From IMG/VR virus record IMGVR_UViG_3300030116_002574, positions 1 to 38,727 of that record: a stretch of 38,727 bases of DNA; one strand, 5' to 3'. A program made the position numbers and the translations under genes. Every line of letters starts with the position of its first letter. Position 1 is the first letter of the stretch. The notes under the pieces are model-generated. The model saw only the letters and a program-made list of their open reading frames with translations. It made no database searches and was not told the origin of the DNA. Origin of the DNA: a virus. Taxonomy: Duplodnaviria; Caudoviricetes. This document shows positions 1 to 8,737 of the stretch, one piece after another.

Positions 1-720
1 TGGGTTAAGAGAAGAGAACGCTTTATGAATCGTCATAAGAAAAACAATAGACTTAACGGCATTATTGCTGTCATGAAATGGGGCGGTGTTACTGCCGGTG
101 GCGTTTCACAAATGAAGTCAGTTGTTAATGATTATAAAAAAGTTGTTAGAGAACGTAGAAAAAAATCTCTTGACATTGCAGAAGATATTATGATGAAGCA
201 ATTGTCTGAAAGAGTTAGAAAAGCTTTACAGAAAAAAGTAGAAGACCATAACAAGAAAAATCCTAAGCACAGAGCTACTCTAAGAATGTTATCAGCAGTA
301 TTTAGAAGAGGTGTTGGTGCTTACAGAACATCACCGGGTTCAGTTAGAGGTAACGTTACATCTGCTGACCAGTGGGCAATGGCCAGAGTTAACGGGTTCT
401 TAAGAGCTTTGAGAACAGGTAAGTTTAGAAGAAAACCTTATGACCAAGACTTACTACCAAGTTCACATCCATTGTCTTCTAAGAAGTCTGGTAATAAAGC
501 AGAATCAGTTAGAGTTGGTCAAGCGGTTAGTTGGTCAATCAACAAAGACCCAGACCCACCATCAGTTGTTCATGGTATAGTCACTTCTGTTAATAGTAGA
601 GACAAAGAAGCGACAATGGAAGTATGGGCTCGATTAGAAAATGGAGACCATAAGAAGACAGATAGACGTGTAACTATGCCTATCTCTAAGCTCAGAATAA
701 TATCAGACTTTAGACAATAA
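1..720 (+). CDS. 5'-truncated basic protein; probable C-terminal part of a portal/head-morphogenesis protein with a DUF5824-like motif and a small C-terminal SH3/Tudor-like beta domain
   Basis: Frame is open from base 1 (WVKRRERFM...). AVFRRGVGAYRTS...QWAMARVNGFL...DQDLLP resembles the DUF5824 motif as I recall it. Lies directly upstream of the prohead protease. Confidence 0.5.
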   Translation, partial: WVKRRERFMNRHKKNNRLNGIIAVMKWGGVTAGGVSQMKSVVNDYKKVVRERRKKSLDIAEDIMMKQLSERVRKALQKKVEDHNKKNPKHRATLRMLSAVFRRGVGAYRTSPGSVRGNVTSADQWAMARVNGFLRALRTGKFRRKPYDQDLLPSSHPLSSKKSGNKAESVRVGQAVSWSINKDPDPPSVVHGIVTSVNSRDKEATMEVWARLENGDHKKTDRRVTMPISKLRIISDFRQ

Positions 721-774
721 AAAACTCAATTCAGCATTCTTAATATAAAATAGTAAAGACGCACATCTGAAATA

Positions 775-790
775 TATATTATATAATATA
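775..790. promoter_or_regulatory. 16-bp AT palindrome containing a TATAAT -10 box upstream of the protease gene
   Basis: TATATTATATAATATA is a perfect palindrome; TATAAT at 782-787; GAAGGA RBS-like sequence before ATG 805. Low complexity weakens the call. Confidence 0.3.
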
Positions 791-804
791 CGATTGAAGG
801 ATGT

Positions 805-2064
805 ATGAATAACGAATCTAAAAATATAGACATAGAGCTCAAAGATGAGTCCGGTCAAGTAGAAGCCGTCTTTAGCTTGTTCAATTCCCTCGATAGTGAT
901 GGGGATGTCGTAGTACCGGGCGCAGTAAAATCTGGATTTAAAAATGACCAAGTACCTATGGTATGGTCTCACAAGTGGGACATGCCTATTGGAAAAGGCA
1001 CTATAACTCAAGATGACGATAAAGCAGTTTTCAAAGGTGAGTTCTTTATGGACACAGAGTCTGGTAAAGAAGCTTATAACCTAGTTAAGAATATGGGCGA
1101 TATGCAACAATGGTCATTCGGCTATAAAGTTAACGATTCTGAATTCGAAAAATTTAAAGATAGCGAAGGAACAACCAACGCTAGATATCTCAAAGATTTA
1201 ACAGTTTATGAAGTCTCTCCTGTTCTTGTTGGAGCAAACCAAGATACATACACACTTGCAATTAAATCCAATACTGAACTCTTGAAGGAAGTAGCAAAAG
1301 TTGCTGACCCGGAAGAAGAGTTTGAGGATGAGTGTTGTGGTTCTTGCGAAGGTAAGTCCGCAAAATATGGAGATGATAGTGAGGATATGAAGTCTTGTAA
1401 ATACCACGATGGTGGCCCTTGTATGAAGGATGGTAAAAAATCCGACTCGGGACAAAAAGCCAAAGAGGATTGCAAGTATGGAAGTGGAGGAGAATGTATG
1501 AAAGAATACAACGACGAAAAGAAATCCGATGAGGATATAGAAGTTTCTGAGGAAGGCTCTCAGTCTTTCTCTGAAGAAGTCAAAGATGTGCTTGCTGCAT
1601 TGGATGACTTAGTAGCCCGAGCAAAAGCAATAGCTATGCTTCGTGGTGAAGATGGGAGAAAATTAGGCGTTAAGGCCACCGAAGCACTTCGTGCAGTCGC
1701 AGACGACTTGAACGACGCTTGGACCGAAATAGATGAGTTCATCGGAAATGTCGGAACCGAGGGTGCTTTGGAGCTATCAGACCTAGACGAAGAACCTGTG
1801 GAAGATGAACCAGCTGAAACTGAAGAAGTAGCTGAGGCTTCAACTGATACTATTGATGTTGAAACAGAAGCTGAAGAAGTTACTGAGGAAGAAGCACCAG
1901 CAGAGGAACCTGCTGTTGAAGAACCAGAAGATGAAGCTGCTGAAGAAGAAACTCCAGAGGATAACACTGAATCGACTGATGACGAGGAATTTGACGCAGA
2001 GTGGGTAAGAGCTCAACAATTAATTGCTGAGTCTCTAGCCGAAGAAGTAGAAATAGAAGTATAA
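805..2064 (+). CDS. HK97-family prohead maturation protease with long acidic C-terminal extension
   Basis: DSDGDVVVPGA, MVWSH...PIGK, WSFGY and YEVSPVLVGAN motifs in the first ~150 aa; immediately upstream of the capsid gene. Confidence 0.92.
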   Translation: MNNESKNIDIELKDESGQVEAVFSLFNSLDSDGDVVVPGAVKSGFKNDQVPMVWSHKWDMPIGKGTITQDDDKAVFKGEFFMDTESGKEAYNLVKNMGDMQQWSFGYKVNDSEFEKFKDSEGTTNARYLKDLTVYEVSPVLVGANQDTYTLAIKSNTELLKEVAKVADPEEEFEDECCGSCEGKSAKYGDDSEDMKSCKYHDGGPCMKDGKKSDSGQKAKEDCKYGSGGECMKEYNDEKKSDEDIEVSEEGSQSFSEEVKDVLAALDDLVARAKAIAMLRGEDGRKLGVKATEALRAVADDLNDAWTEIDEFIGNVGTEGALELSDLDEEPVEDEPAETEEVAEASTDTIDVETEAEEVTEEEAPAEEPAVEEPEDEAAEEETPEDNTESTDDEEFDAEWVRAQQLIAESLAEEVEIEV

Positions 2065-2071
2065 GCAATTA

Positions 2072-2088
2072 TAGATTGGAGAAATCTA
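2072..2088 (+). promoter_or_regulatory. Capsid gene RBS (GGAGA) in the loop of a 6-bp hairpin
   Basis: TAGATT-GGAGA-AATCTA, 3 nt before ATG 2092. Confidence 0.5.
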
Positions 2089-2091
2089 AGA

Positions 2092-3333
2092 ATGAGTAAT
2101 CAAAACGAACTCATGGATAAAATTGCTGCTAAAAGAGCAGAATTAAAATCTGTTTTTGAGTCAAACGAAGACGGCAAGTACTCCGCTGAACAAAAAGAGG
2201 AAATCAAGTCAAGAAATGACGAGCTTGCTGAATTAGTTGAAGACCTTAACATTGAGAAGAAAAAACTTCAAAATGAAAAAGCTCTTGAAGAAGATTCAAA
2301 ACCAGTTGCAGAAATGCCTTTAGCTTCTAACGAAGCAGAAGTTAAAACTGTTGGGCAGCTTTTTACTGAATCCGACGCTTACAAAAATTATGTAGGTAGT
2401 GGTGTAAAAGGTGTTGACTCAAAAATTGAGACAAAAACAACTTTAACCACAACTGGTTATCCACCAGAGGTTTTAAGACAACCGGGGATTCTAGAATCAG
2501 CTCTTAGAGACCCAAATGCTGTTATATCATTATTTGATGTAATCAACACAGACCAAAACAGTTTCTCATATTTAGAAGAAACTACCTTCACAAACAATGC
2601 TGCTGAAGCAGCTGAAGGTTCTGCTGTTGGTGAAGCAGCTTTGGCTTTCACAGAGCAAACAGAAGCAATCCGTAAATTGGGTATATTTATCCCAGTTACT
2701 GATGAATTAATCGCAGACGAAGCTGGTATCCAAGGATACATTAACAGCAGACTTCAAACAATGATTCGTCTTCGTTTGGACAGCCAACTCCTTTCCGGAG
2801 ATGGAACTGCTCCTAACTTAGAAGGTATCTTGGACGCTGGTAAATCATCAGTTGGAAGCACAGACTTTAGCTCCTATGCAGGAACTCTTGGTAAAATTGG
2901 TGCACTTTATGGTGCAATCACAGACATCAGAGTAAACGCATTCACAGAGCCAGACGCAATCATTATGCACCCTAATGACTGGAATGACATTGTCACATCA
3001 GTTGGTGCTGATTTCGCTGGAACTTCATCCGCTGGATATGCAGAAAAGTCACCACTTTTCGTAGCAGCTGGTGGAATGGGCGCTGGTCCAGCCGCTTCAA
3101 TTTGGGGACTCAAAGTAGTTCCTACAACCGCAATTTCCGCAGGTACAGTACTTGTTGGTAAATTCGGTGGCGGTGAAGCTTGTAATGTTGTTATGAGACA
3201 AGGTATCGATTTAGCGGTAACAGATTCTCATAGTGATTATTTCACAAAGAACATGCTAGCTATCAGAGCTACAATGCGTGTTGGTTTCCCTGTTTACAGA
3301 GAAGCAGCTTTCCACAAACTAACAAATATGTAA
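2092..3333 (+). CDS. Major capsid protein, HK97 fold
   Basis: N-terminal coiled-coil delta-like domain; AAEAAEG, IPVTDELIAD, LLSGDG, IIMHPNDW, IWGLKVV, YFTKNMLAIRATMRVG...EAAF motifs. Confidence 0.96.
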   Translation: MSNQNELMDKIAAKRAELKSVFESNEDGKYSAEQKEEIKSRNDELAELVEDLNIEKKKLQNEKALEEDSKPVAEMPLASNEAEVKTVGQLFTESDAYKNYVGSGVKGVDSKIETKTTLTTTGYPPEVLRQPGILESALRDPNAVISLFDVINTDQNSFSYLEETTFTNNAAEAAEGSAVGEAALAFTEQTEAIRKLGIFIPVTDELIADEAGIQGYINSRLQTMIRLRLDSQLLSGDGTAPNLEGILDAGKSSVGSTDFSSYAGTLGKIGALYGAITDIRVNAFTEPDAIIMHPNDWNDIVTSVGADFAGTSSAGYAEKSPLFVAAGGMGAGPAASIWGLKVVPTTAISAGTVLVGKFGGGEACNVVMRQGIDLAVTDSHSDYFTKNMLAIRATMRVGFPVYREAAFHKLTNM

Positions 3334-3353
3334 TATCTGTTAGTTGGATATTT

Positions 3354-3388
3354 GAAGAGAGCCGGGTAAAACCGGCTTTCTTCTTTTT
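3354..3388 (+). terminator. Rho-independent terminator after capsid gene
   Basis: GAAGAGAGCCGG-GTAAAA-CCGGCTTTCTTC (12-bp stem, one G-U pair) followed by TTTTT. Confidence 0.88.
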
Positions 3389-3394
3389 ATAAGG

Positions 3395-3400
3395 TAGAAT
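3395..3400 (+). promoter_or_regulatory. Putative -10 element (TAGAAT) for a short-leader/leaderless transcript
   Basis: GGTAGAAT directly after the terminator, 9 nt before ATG 3410; no clear SD in between. Confidence 0.45.
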
Positions 3401-3409
3401 ACATTTATT

Positions 3410-3676
3410 ATGTCAGATATTATTAAACCAGAGAAGACAATTTGGAAGATGAAGGATGGCTCCTTCTTCGAGGGTTCATTAGCAGAACTACCTAAATCTG
3501 GTGCTTCTAAAATTGCACAAGCAGGAAAAGAAGTATCTAAGAAATGGTTAAAAGAGCAAGGTTGGAAAGATTCTTCTGCAAAGAAGAAAGCTCCTGCAAA
3601 GAAAGCTCCTGCTAAAAAAGCAGCACCTAAGAAAAAAGTCGAAACCAAAGCTGTCAAACCAGCCGAAGATAAATAA
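3410..3676 (+). CDS. Small Lys/Ala/Pro-rich protein (PAKK repeats) following the capsid gene
   Basis: 88 aa with KKKAPAKKAPAKKAAPKKK; position typical of small post-capsid proteins. Confidence 0.75.
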   Translation: MSDIIKPEKTIWKMKDGSFFEGSLAELPKSGASKIAQAGKEVSKKWLKEQGWKDSSAKKKAPAKKAPAKKAAPKKKVETKAVKPAEDK

Positions 3677-3687
3677 AGGAGTCCTAA

Positions 3688-4332
3688 ATGGCTCTTTGTA
3701 GCGCTAGTGACGTAGAGACCTTTCTAGAGATAGACTTAAGTACTACTGTTGAAAGCCACGTTACAAACACTTTTATACCTTATGTTGACGCAGCTATTAA
3801 GCGTTACTTGGGTTATGATATTGAACAAGCAACGTTTACAGAAACATTCGACGGCAACGAACAAAAAGATATTTTCTTAAGACACGTACCTATTGCGTCT
3901 ATCACATCTGTTACTGAAGATGGTAGTACGCTTACCGAAGGCAATACTAAAGACTACGTATATTACGACAACGGAAGACTTAGTAGAATTGCAATCAGAT
4001 GGTCTGGAATCAAACCTAAGAATGTTGTAGTTACTTATGTTGGTGGATATGCCTCATCTGATATACCAGACCAAATAAAATTTACAGCTGCTCGTGCTGC
4101 CGCAAGATTAGTAATGACTTCATTACAAGTCTCTGCTAAAGCAGATACAGGAGTAGTTCGTTCACACTTAGAAGACAATACATCAACAACAAACTTTGAT
4201 GTAGCCATAACCGAGAGAGTAGGAGATTACGACGTAGCGTTTGGAGATGTAGTAATACAGAATTTACAACCTGTATTAAGCAACTCAGACATGGCTATGT
4301 TAAACCCGTTTAAGAGCAGATTTTTTGTATAA
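3688..4332 (+). CDS. Head-tail adaptor/connector (HK97 gp6 / SPP1 gp15-like)
   Basis: MALCSASDVETFL, AAIKRYLGY, TETFDG, PIASITSV, VVVTYVGGY...IPDQIK, ERVGDYDVAF, LNPFK; AAGGAG RBS. Confidence 0.85.
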   Translation: MALCSASDVETFLEIDLSTTVESHVTNTFIPYVDAAIKRYLGYDIEQATFTETFDGNEQKDIFLRHVPIASITSVTEDGSTLTEGNTKDYVYYDNGRLSRIAIRWSGIKPKNVVVTYVGGYASSDIPDQIKFTAARAAARLVMTSLQVSAKADTGVVRSHLEDNTSTTNFDVAITERVGDYDVAFGDVVIQNLQPVLSNSDMAMLNPFKSRFFV

Positions 4333-4333
4333 T
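4328..4333 (+). promoter_or_regulatory. Putative -10 box for a leaderless transcript of the inserted cassette
   Basis: TATAAT 6 nt before ATG 4340; no SD. Confidence 0.55.
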
Positions 4334-4339
4334 TAGACT

Positions 4340-4981
4340 ATGGTACATAGAAAAGCTCCGTCTCTGGAAGAAGCTACAGAATTCTTCACAAAAGACCCAG
4401 ACAAGATGTTGCAAGCGTGGGCTGATGAATGGGGTGTAACACACGAAAGAGTTCGTCAACTTAGAATACAATCTGGTGTGCCTCAACGTGGTGCTTACAA
4501 TGAAGAAACCGCAGAAACTATTCTTGAAGTAATTAGAACAGGTCGTGGTGGTTTAACTACACCTAGAACTTATGAAGAAGTAACAATAGGTTTAGAAAAG
4601 TTTAAAACTTGGATGGAGGAAGAAGAAGGTTTACGTGAACGTGTAGAAGAAGCACAAAAGCAAGCTCTTAAAAGTTTAAAAGACCCGATTGAAAAAGAAT
4701 GTAAGTATTGTAGAGAATGGAAACCGGTAGAAGATTTTAAAAGAACACAAAAGTATCTAGATGGTTTTACTAAGTTTTGTATTATGTGCCTAGATGTAAT
4801 TAAACAGAAAAAAGAAGAACTTGGTGATGAAAAATTAAAATTATGTATTTCTTGCAGGAAAGAAAAGAAAACATCAGATTTCAGTAGAAATCCTAATTCA
4901 AAAGATGGTTTTAAAATATTTTGCAAAGATTGTCATAAGAATAATAAAAGAAAGATAAGAAGACGAAATGCCCAGATATGA
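4340..4981 (+). CDS. Putative DNA-binding protein: sigma-region-4-like HTH, second helical domain, two C4 zinc-finger repeats
   Basis: LQAWADEWGVTHERVRQL resembles sigma70 region 4.2. CKYC...DGFTKFCIMC and CISC...DGFKIFCKDC are two copies of one Zn-finger unit. Confidence 0.65.
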   Translation: MVHRKAPSLEEATEFFTKDPDKMLQAWADEWGVTHERVRQLRIQSGVPQRGAYNEETAETILEVIRTGRGGLTTPRTYEEVTIGLEKFKTWMEEEEGLRERVEEAQKQALKSLKDPIEKECKYCREWKPVEDFKRTQKYLDGFTKFCIMCLDVIKQKKEELGDEKLKLCISCRKEKKTSDFSRNPNSKDGFKIFCKDCHKNNKRKIRRRNAQI

Positions 4982-5213
4982 ACATCAGTGTATTATGCAC
5001 CAATGTTACTTTGAGTTTGAAGTAACTTATTCTATACACGAAGACCCTTTAATCAAATGCCCTAAGTGTGAGTCTGATACTAAAAGACTTATTGGTAAGA
5101 ATGTTATGTTTGAAACACCAATAGATGTAGATTGGGAGAAAGACCCAAGTAACTTAAGTGAGAAATCATTTAAACAATATGAAAAAGCAAAGAAGATAAA
5201 GTATAGATGGTAA
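4968..5213 (+). CDS. FmdB-family zinc-ribbon protein
   Basis: MPRYEHQCIMHQC-YFEFEV...CPKCESDTKRLI matches the MPxYxYxC..C...FE...CPxC...R pattern. Confidence 0.85.
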   Translation: MPRYEHQCIMHQCYFEFEVTYSIHEDPLIKCPKCESDTKRLIGKNVMFETPIDVDWEKDPSNLSEKSFKQYEKAKKIKYRW

Positions 5214-6391
5214 AAGACGAAGGTACTGAAGAAATAATACAGGGAGCTAATAGATACTTTTTATCGTTCAATTCGTACTCTGTAAACCCAGACCCACTAC
5301 ATCAAAAAAGTTATGTTGTAAATCTCTATGTTCCTTTAAGAGAGCTTTCTTTTAACAGACCGGGTGTAAAACAGATTATACCTACACATCCAGACTGTAA
5401 TGTTTTTGACATTGACAAAGAAGTAATAGAGAATGTAAAGCTATCTATAAAAGAAGAGTTCGGGGAGAAAGGTTACTTTCATTTAAAAAATCAAGGTATA
5501 ACTATATATGCTGACGCAGTAGATATATCAGAAGGTGTAAACAGATGTGCTATAAAAATAACTGATGAAAAAACTCAAGGAATTATTGATGGTGCTAATT
5601 TATATAATATTATTCGTACTATGTCTAAAGAAGACTTGGGTAATAAGGTTTATGTAAATGTCAAAATAATTACAGGCCCAGAGCCAAAAGTTATACCAGA
5701 AATAATTACAAGTCTTGACACAAAGATAACTAACAAAGTAGATGTATCAATTGACGTTAAGGAACTCGACTGGCTAAAAAAAATAGTTGATAGTACTGAA
5801 TACGTAGATAAAATTGATTTAGTAGATGTGCTTTGCTATATAAACCTATTTAGGAACAATATATACGATACAGACGCAACTAATCAACCAACTATCTCTT
5901 ACTGGAATAAACAACAAGTTATTGATACATACAAGAGTGACCCAGATATATTTAAAGCTTTTATACCAATAATCAAAGACATACTGTATCTACACGATTT
6001 TATAAATACAAAAACAATAGAACTATGGCCATCAAAGTTAGGTAGCTTAGCAAGTTTAGGTCTAGCTTTACCTTACAAACAAAAAGCCTATGAGTTTCCA
6101 ATGTTGGGTAAGAAAGAAGATTATAAGTTTCATGAAGCTATAACTTGTGTTTTACTTAATGGTTTTAGGTGCTTTGTAATATTCAATCTCGACAATCGTG
6201 CTCAGTGGTCAAAGGATTTTTCCAAGATAGTTAAGATTTACGAACAAGTCTGTGTAGATTTGTTAAACATAGTAAAAACATACAACAAAGAAACTGGATA
6301 CAATCCTCACGTTCTAGGAAAGAACAATATGCTTTATAGCATTATTTATAAGGAAATGATGATGGGAGATATGCTTAACCAATTTTTATAA
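5207..6391 (+). CDS. AIPR-family (ParB/DGQHR-like) protein, apparently degenerate
   Basis: FHLKNQGITIYAD, GIIDGANLY, VNVKIITG and C-terminal LLNGFRCFV resemble AIPR motifs (F..xNxGITI, IxDG/NGxxT, VxVxIxxG). Confidence 0.7.
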   Translation: MVKDEGTEEIIQGANRYFLSFNSYSVNPDPLHQKSYVVNLYVPLRELSFNRPGVKQIIPTHPDCNVFDIDKEVIENVKLSIKEEFGEKGYFHLKNQGITIYADAVDISEGVNRCAIKITDEKTQGIIDGANLYNIIRTMSKEDLGNKVYVNVKIITGPEPKVIPEIITSLDTKITNKVDVSIDVKELDWLKKIVDSTEYVDKIDLVDVLCYINLFRNNIYDTDATNQPTISYWNKQQVIDTYKSDPDIFKAFIPIIKDILYLHDFINTKTIELWPSKLGSLASLGLALPYKQKAYEFPMLGKKEDYKFHEAITCVLLNGFRCFVIFNLDNRAQWSKDFSKIVKIYEQVCVDLLNIVKTYNKETGYNPHVLGKNNMLYSIIYKEMMMGDMLNQFL

Positions 6392-6401
6392 CATCTTGTT
6401 G

Positions 6402-6407
6402 TAAAAT
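6402..6407 (+). promoter_or_regulatory. Putative -10 box for a leaderless transcript resuming the structural genes
   Basis: TAAAAT 6 nt before ATG 6414; no SD. Confidence 0.5.
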
Positions 6408-6413
6408 GTAGCC

Positions 6414-6749
6414 ATGGGTTTAAAGAGCAGACATTTACCAGAGACAATTTCAATTCAATCTGTTTCAGACACCAACGTAGACGAGAGAGGTTTACCTTCT
6501 GATTCTTGGGCAGATAGTGCTACAAGTGTTAGAGCTAAGTTTGAGTCATTAGGTGCTGAAGAGGATAGAGACGGACGTAATACTACTATTGAAACATTTA
6601 GAGTATATATACAACCAAATGTAACAGTAACTCCGGGAGATAGGATGAATAGGAATGGTACATATCACGAAATCATTACAGTTCAACCAGTATTAGATAG
6701 ATATGGAAACGAGTGTTATAAATTTATTCAGTCTCTAGTAAGGACTTAA
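6414..6749 (+). CDS. Head-tail stopper / head closure protein (SPP1 gp16-like)
   Basis: 111 aa with DERG...W, VRA, VTPGDRM...YHEIITV pattern; position. Confidence 0.85.
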   Translation: MGLKSRHLPETISIQSVSDTNVDERGLPSDSWADSATSVRAKFESLGAEEDRDGRNTTIETFRVYIQPNVTVTPGDRMNRNGTYHEIITVQPVLDRYGNECYKFIQSLVRT

Positions 6750-6750
6750 T

Positions 6751-8736
6751 ATGCCTAGCGACGGGATGGTCGAAGAATATATCAAAACCCAACAGGGTGA
6801 TACGCTAGGTAGTGCTGCACGTAGATGGATAGATGGTAAATCATATAACGCCTTAACTAAAGGCAATAAGCCAAAAGGCAAGCAAACTAATACATTCCAA
6901 AACTTTTTATATAGATATGGTAAAACTTCTGGTACGTTGAAACAAATGCCGGGTGTCAGAAACCTAGGTGTAGTACAGAACTTTGCTAGTGCTCGTAACT
7001 TAATTTACCCAGCAGCTCGTATGATGGGTACTGGTAAGGCCTTAACTAAAGCACTAGAAACAGGAACACTTTCTCCATTAGCACAAAGAGCTAGCCGTGT
7101 AGGTGTTGGTAAATTATCTGGTTTAGCTATTAATGCAGTTGTAAGTCCTTTAAATCTTGGACCATTACCTTCTCGTGTTCTTCGTATAGGTATAGGTAAA
7201 GGACTGTCTGCTAATAGAAGATTTAGAAACTTTCAGAATAACGCTGTAGCTTTCGTTACTGGTAAGTTAAAAATAAATGGTGCAGCAGCTAATGCTCATG
7301 TCAAAAAACAATATAACGTACTACAAAAAGCACAGATGATGTTAGTTCAAACAGAAATGAATATTAGAGCTTTTGCACCAGATGTTGCTAGTGGTCAGTT
7401 CTTGTTAGGTATGACAGACGGCCCTGCTAAATATCAGAATCAAATTATAGATTTTGACAGAATGACAAGTAAATCAGAGTTTAACAAAATGGGTATAAAA
7501 AACTTAGCACCAGAAGATTCTAAATTTAAATACGAATTTAGAGATGTATTCGGATTTAGAAAACCGGGTCAATCTTATCTAGCTTTACAAAACTCTATTG
7601 TAAGAGAAGACTTTAAACCTACAATAGGTAAAGCTATAAATAAAGGAACTGAGGCTCATCCAGATTGGGATAAGGGCAGTTTCTTTGACGCAGAAATTAG
7701 AGTAGGTGGTAGCCCAGAGTTTCCATGGATATGGGCTGTAGAGTTTGGTGGAAATATACCTTACTATGTAAGGACTAATCACCCAGATAAAAAAGGTTTC
7801 GGTGGACAATATAGTGGTAGAAAAGAAGATAAATATATACCAAAAACTAAATATATACAACCTACATTCTTTGTTAGAAGAGCTATTGAAGTAGCAAGAA
7901 AACAATATAAGAAAGCATACAACCTAAGCAGTAAAGTAAATGTTGGTATGTCTAACTCTAAGAAATACTATTCTGAATGGCTAAGAATAGCAAAACAAAG
8001 AAATCAACAAACAGCTCTTAAGAAATACAAGCCAGACTATCTCAAGAATACAAGAACTAATGATTTCCTTAGTGAACGTTACATGCTTGATAGAGAATCT
8101 AGAGGACATAGTTTCTTGTCTCAAATGGAGCAAAGAATACCGGGACCAAGAATAGAATCAGCACATGGTTCTTTCTACAGTAAAGAATTAGCAGCAGAAA
8201 TAGGTTTGAATGCAATACCAGAAGATATGAATATATCTATGACTGTACCATTAAGAAAGAACGATAATGCAAAGATTGTTTCACAAGCAGCCAAAATATT
8301 TATTGAATCTGGTGGCGGTAACTTAACTGAAGGTGGAGACAAGTACAAGAAAGTATTTAACAAGGTCGGAAACTATCTATCTAAGCAAGCTGAATACAAA
8401 AATGCTCCTAAGAGATTAATGAGTGATACAGAAAGATTTATTAAGATATTTAACAATATGAATATGGGAGAAGATACTGCTAGAGGTGCAAGACGTGCTG
8501 AGCTACTCAAAGAAATCTACAATCTATCTACAAAACAAGATGGTAATAAATTAATTATTAAAGCTAGAAAAAGAAGAAGCGATAAAGGTGGTTCAAGAAA
8601 AACAGGTAAGAGACCTTACGTTTCTAATCAAAGTTGGAAGAGTATTAAAGGAGAACAGTTTGCTAGAGATATTGCTGGCTCATTTGATGTTGACTCATTG
8701 TTCAACGACGCTCTTAACATGGATTTTGACTTTTAA
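6751..8736 (+). CDS. Large basic protein containing an HK97 gp10-like tail-completion motif
   Basis: Lies between stopper and tail terminator; IRAFAP...SG, WIWAVEFGG and QPTFFVRRAIE motifs; 661 aa and K/R-rich. Confidence 0.55.
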   Translation: MPSDGMVEEYIKTQQGDTLGSAARRWIDGKSYNALTKGNKPKGKQTNTFQNFLYRYGKTSGTLKQMPGVRNLGVVQNFASARNLIYPAARMMGTGKALTKALETGTLSPLAQRASRVGVGKLSGLAINAVVSPLNLGPLPSRVLRIGIGKGLSANRRFRNFQNNAVAFVTGKLKINGAAANAHVKKQYNVLQKAQMMLVQTEMNIRAFAPDVASGQFLLGMTDGPAKYQNQIIDFDRMTSKSEFNKMGIKNLAPEDSKFKYEFRDVFGFRKPGQSYLALQNSIVREDFKPTIGKAINKGTEAHPDWDKGSFFDAEIRVGGSPEFPWIWAVEFGGNIPYYVRTNHPDKKGFGGQYSGRKEDKYIPKTKYIQPTFFVRRAIEVARKQYKKAYNLSSKVNVGMSNSKKYYSEWLRIAKQRNQQTALKKYKPDYLKNTRTNDFLSERYMLDRESRGHSFLSQMEQRIPGPRIESAHGSFYSKELAAEIGLNAIPEDMNISMTVPLRKNDNAKIVSQAAKIFIESGGGNLTEGGDKYKKVFNKVGNYLSKQAEYKNAPKRLMSDTERFIKIFNNMNMGEDTARGARRAELLKEIYNLSTKQDGNKLIIKARKRRSDKGGSRKTGKRPYVSNQSWKSIKGEQFARDIAGSFDVDSLFNDALNMDFDF

Positions 8737-8737
8737 G

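Noticed and set aside
4690-4940. HNH homing endonuclease
   Set aside because: Only the Cys repeats are present; no HNH or endonuclease VII catalytic motif follows.
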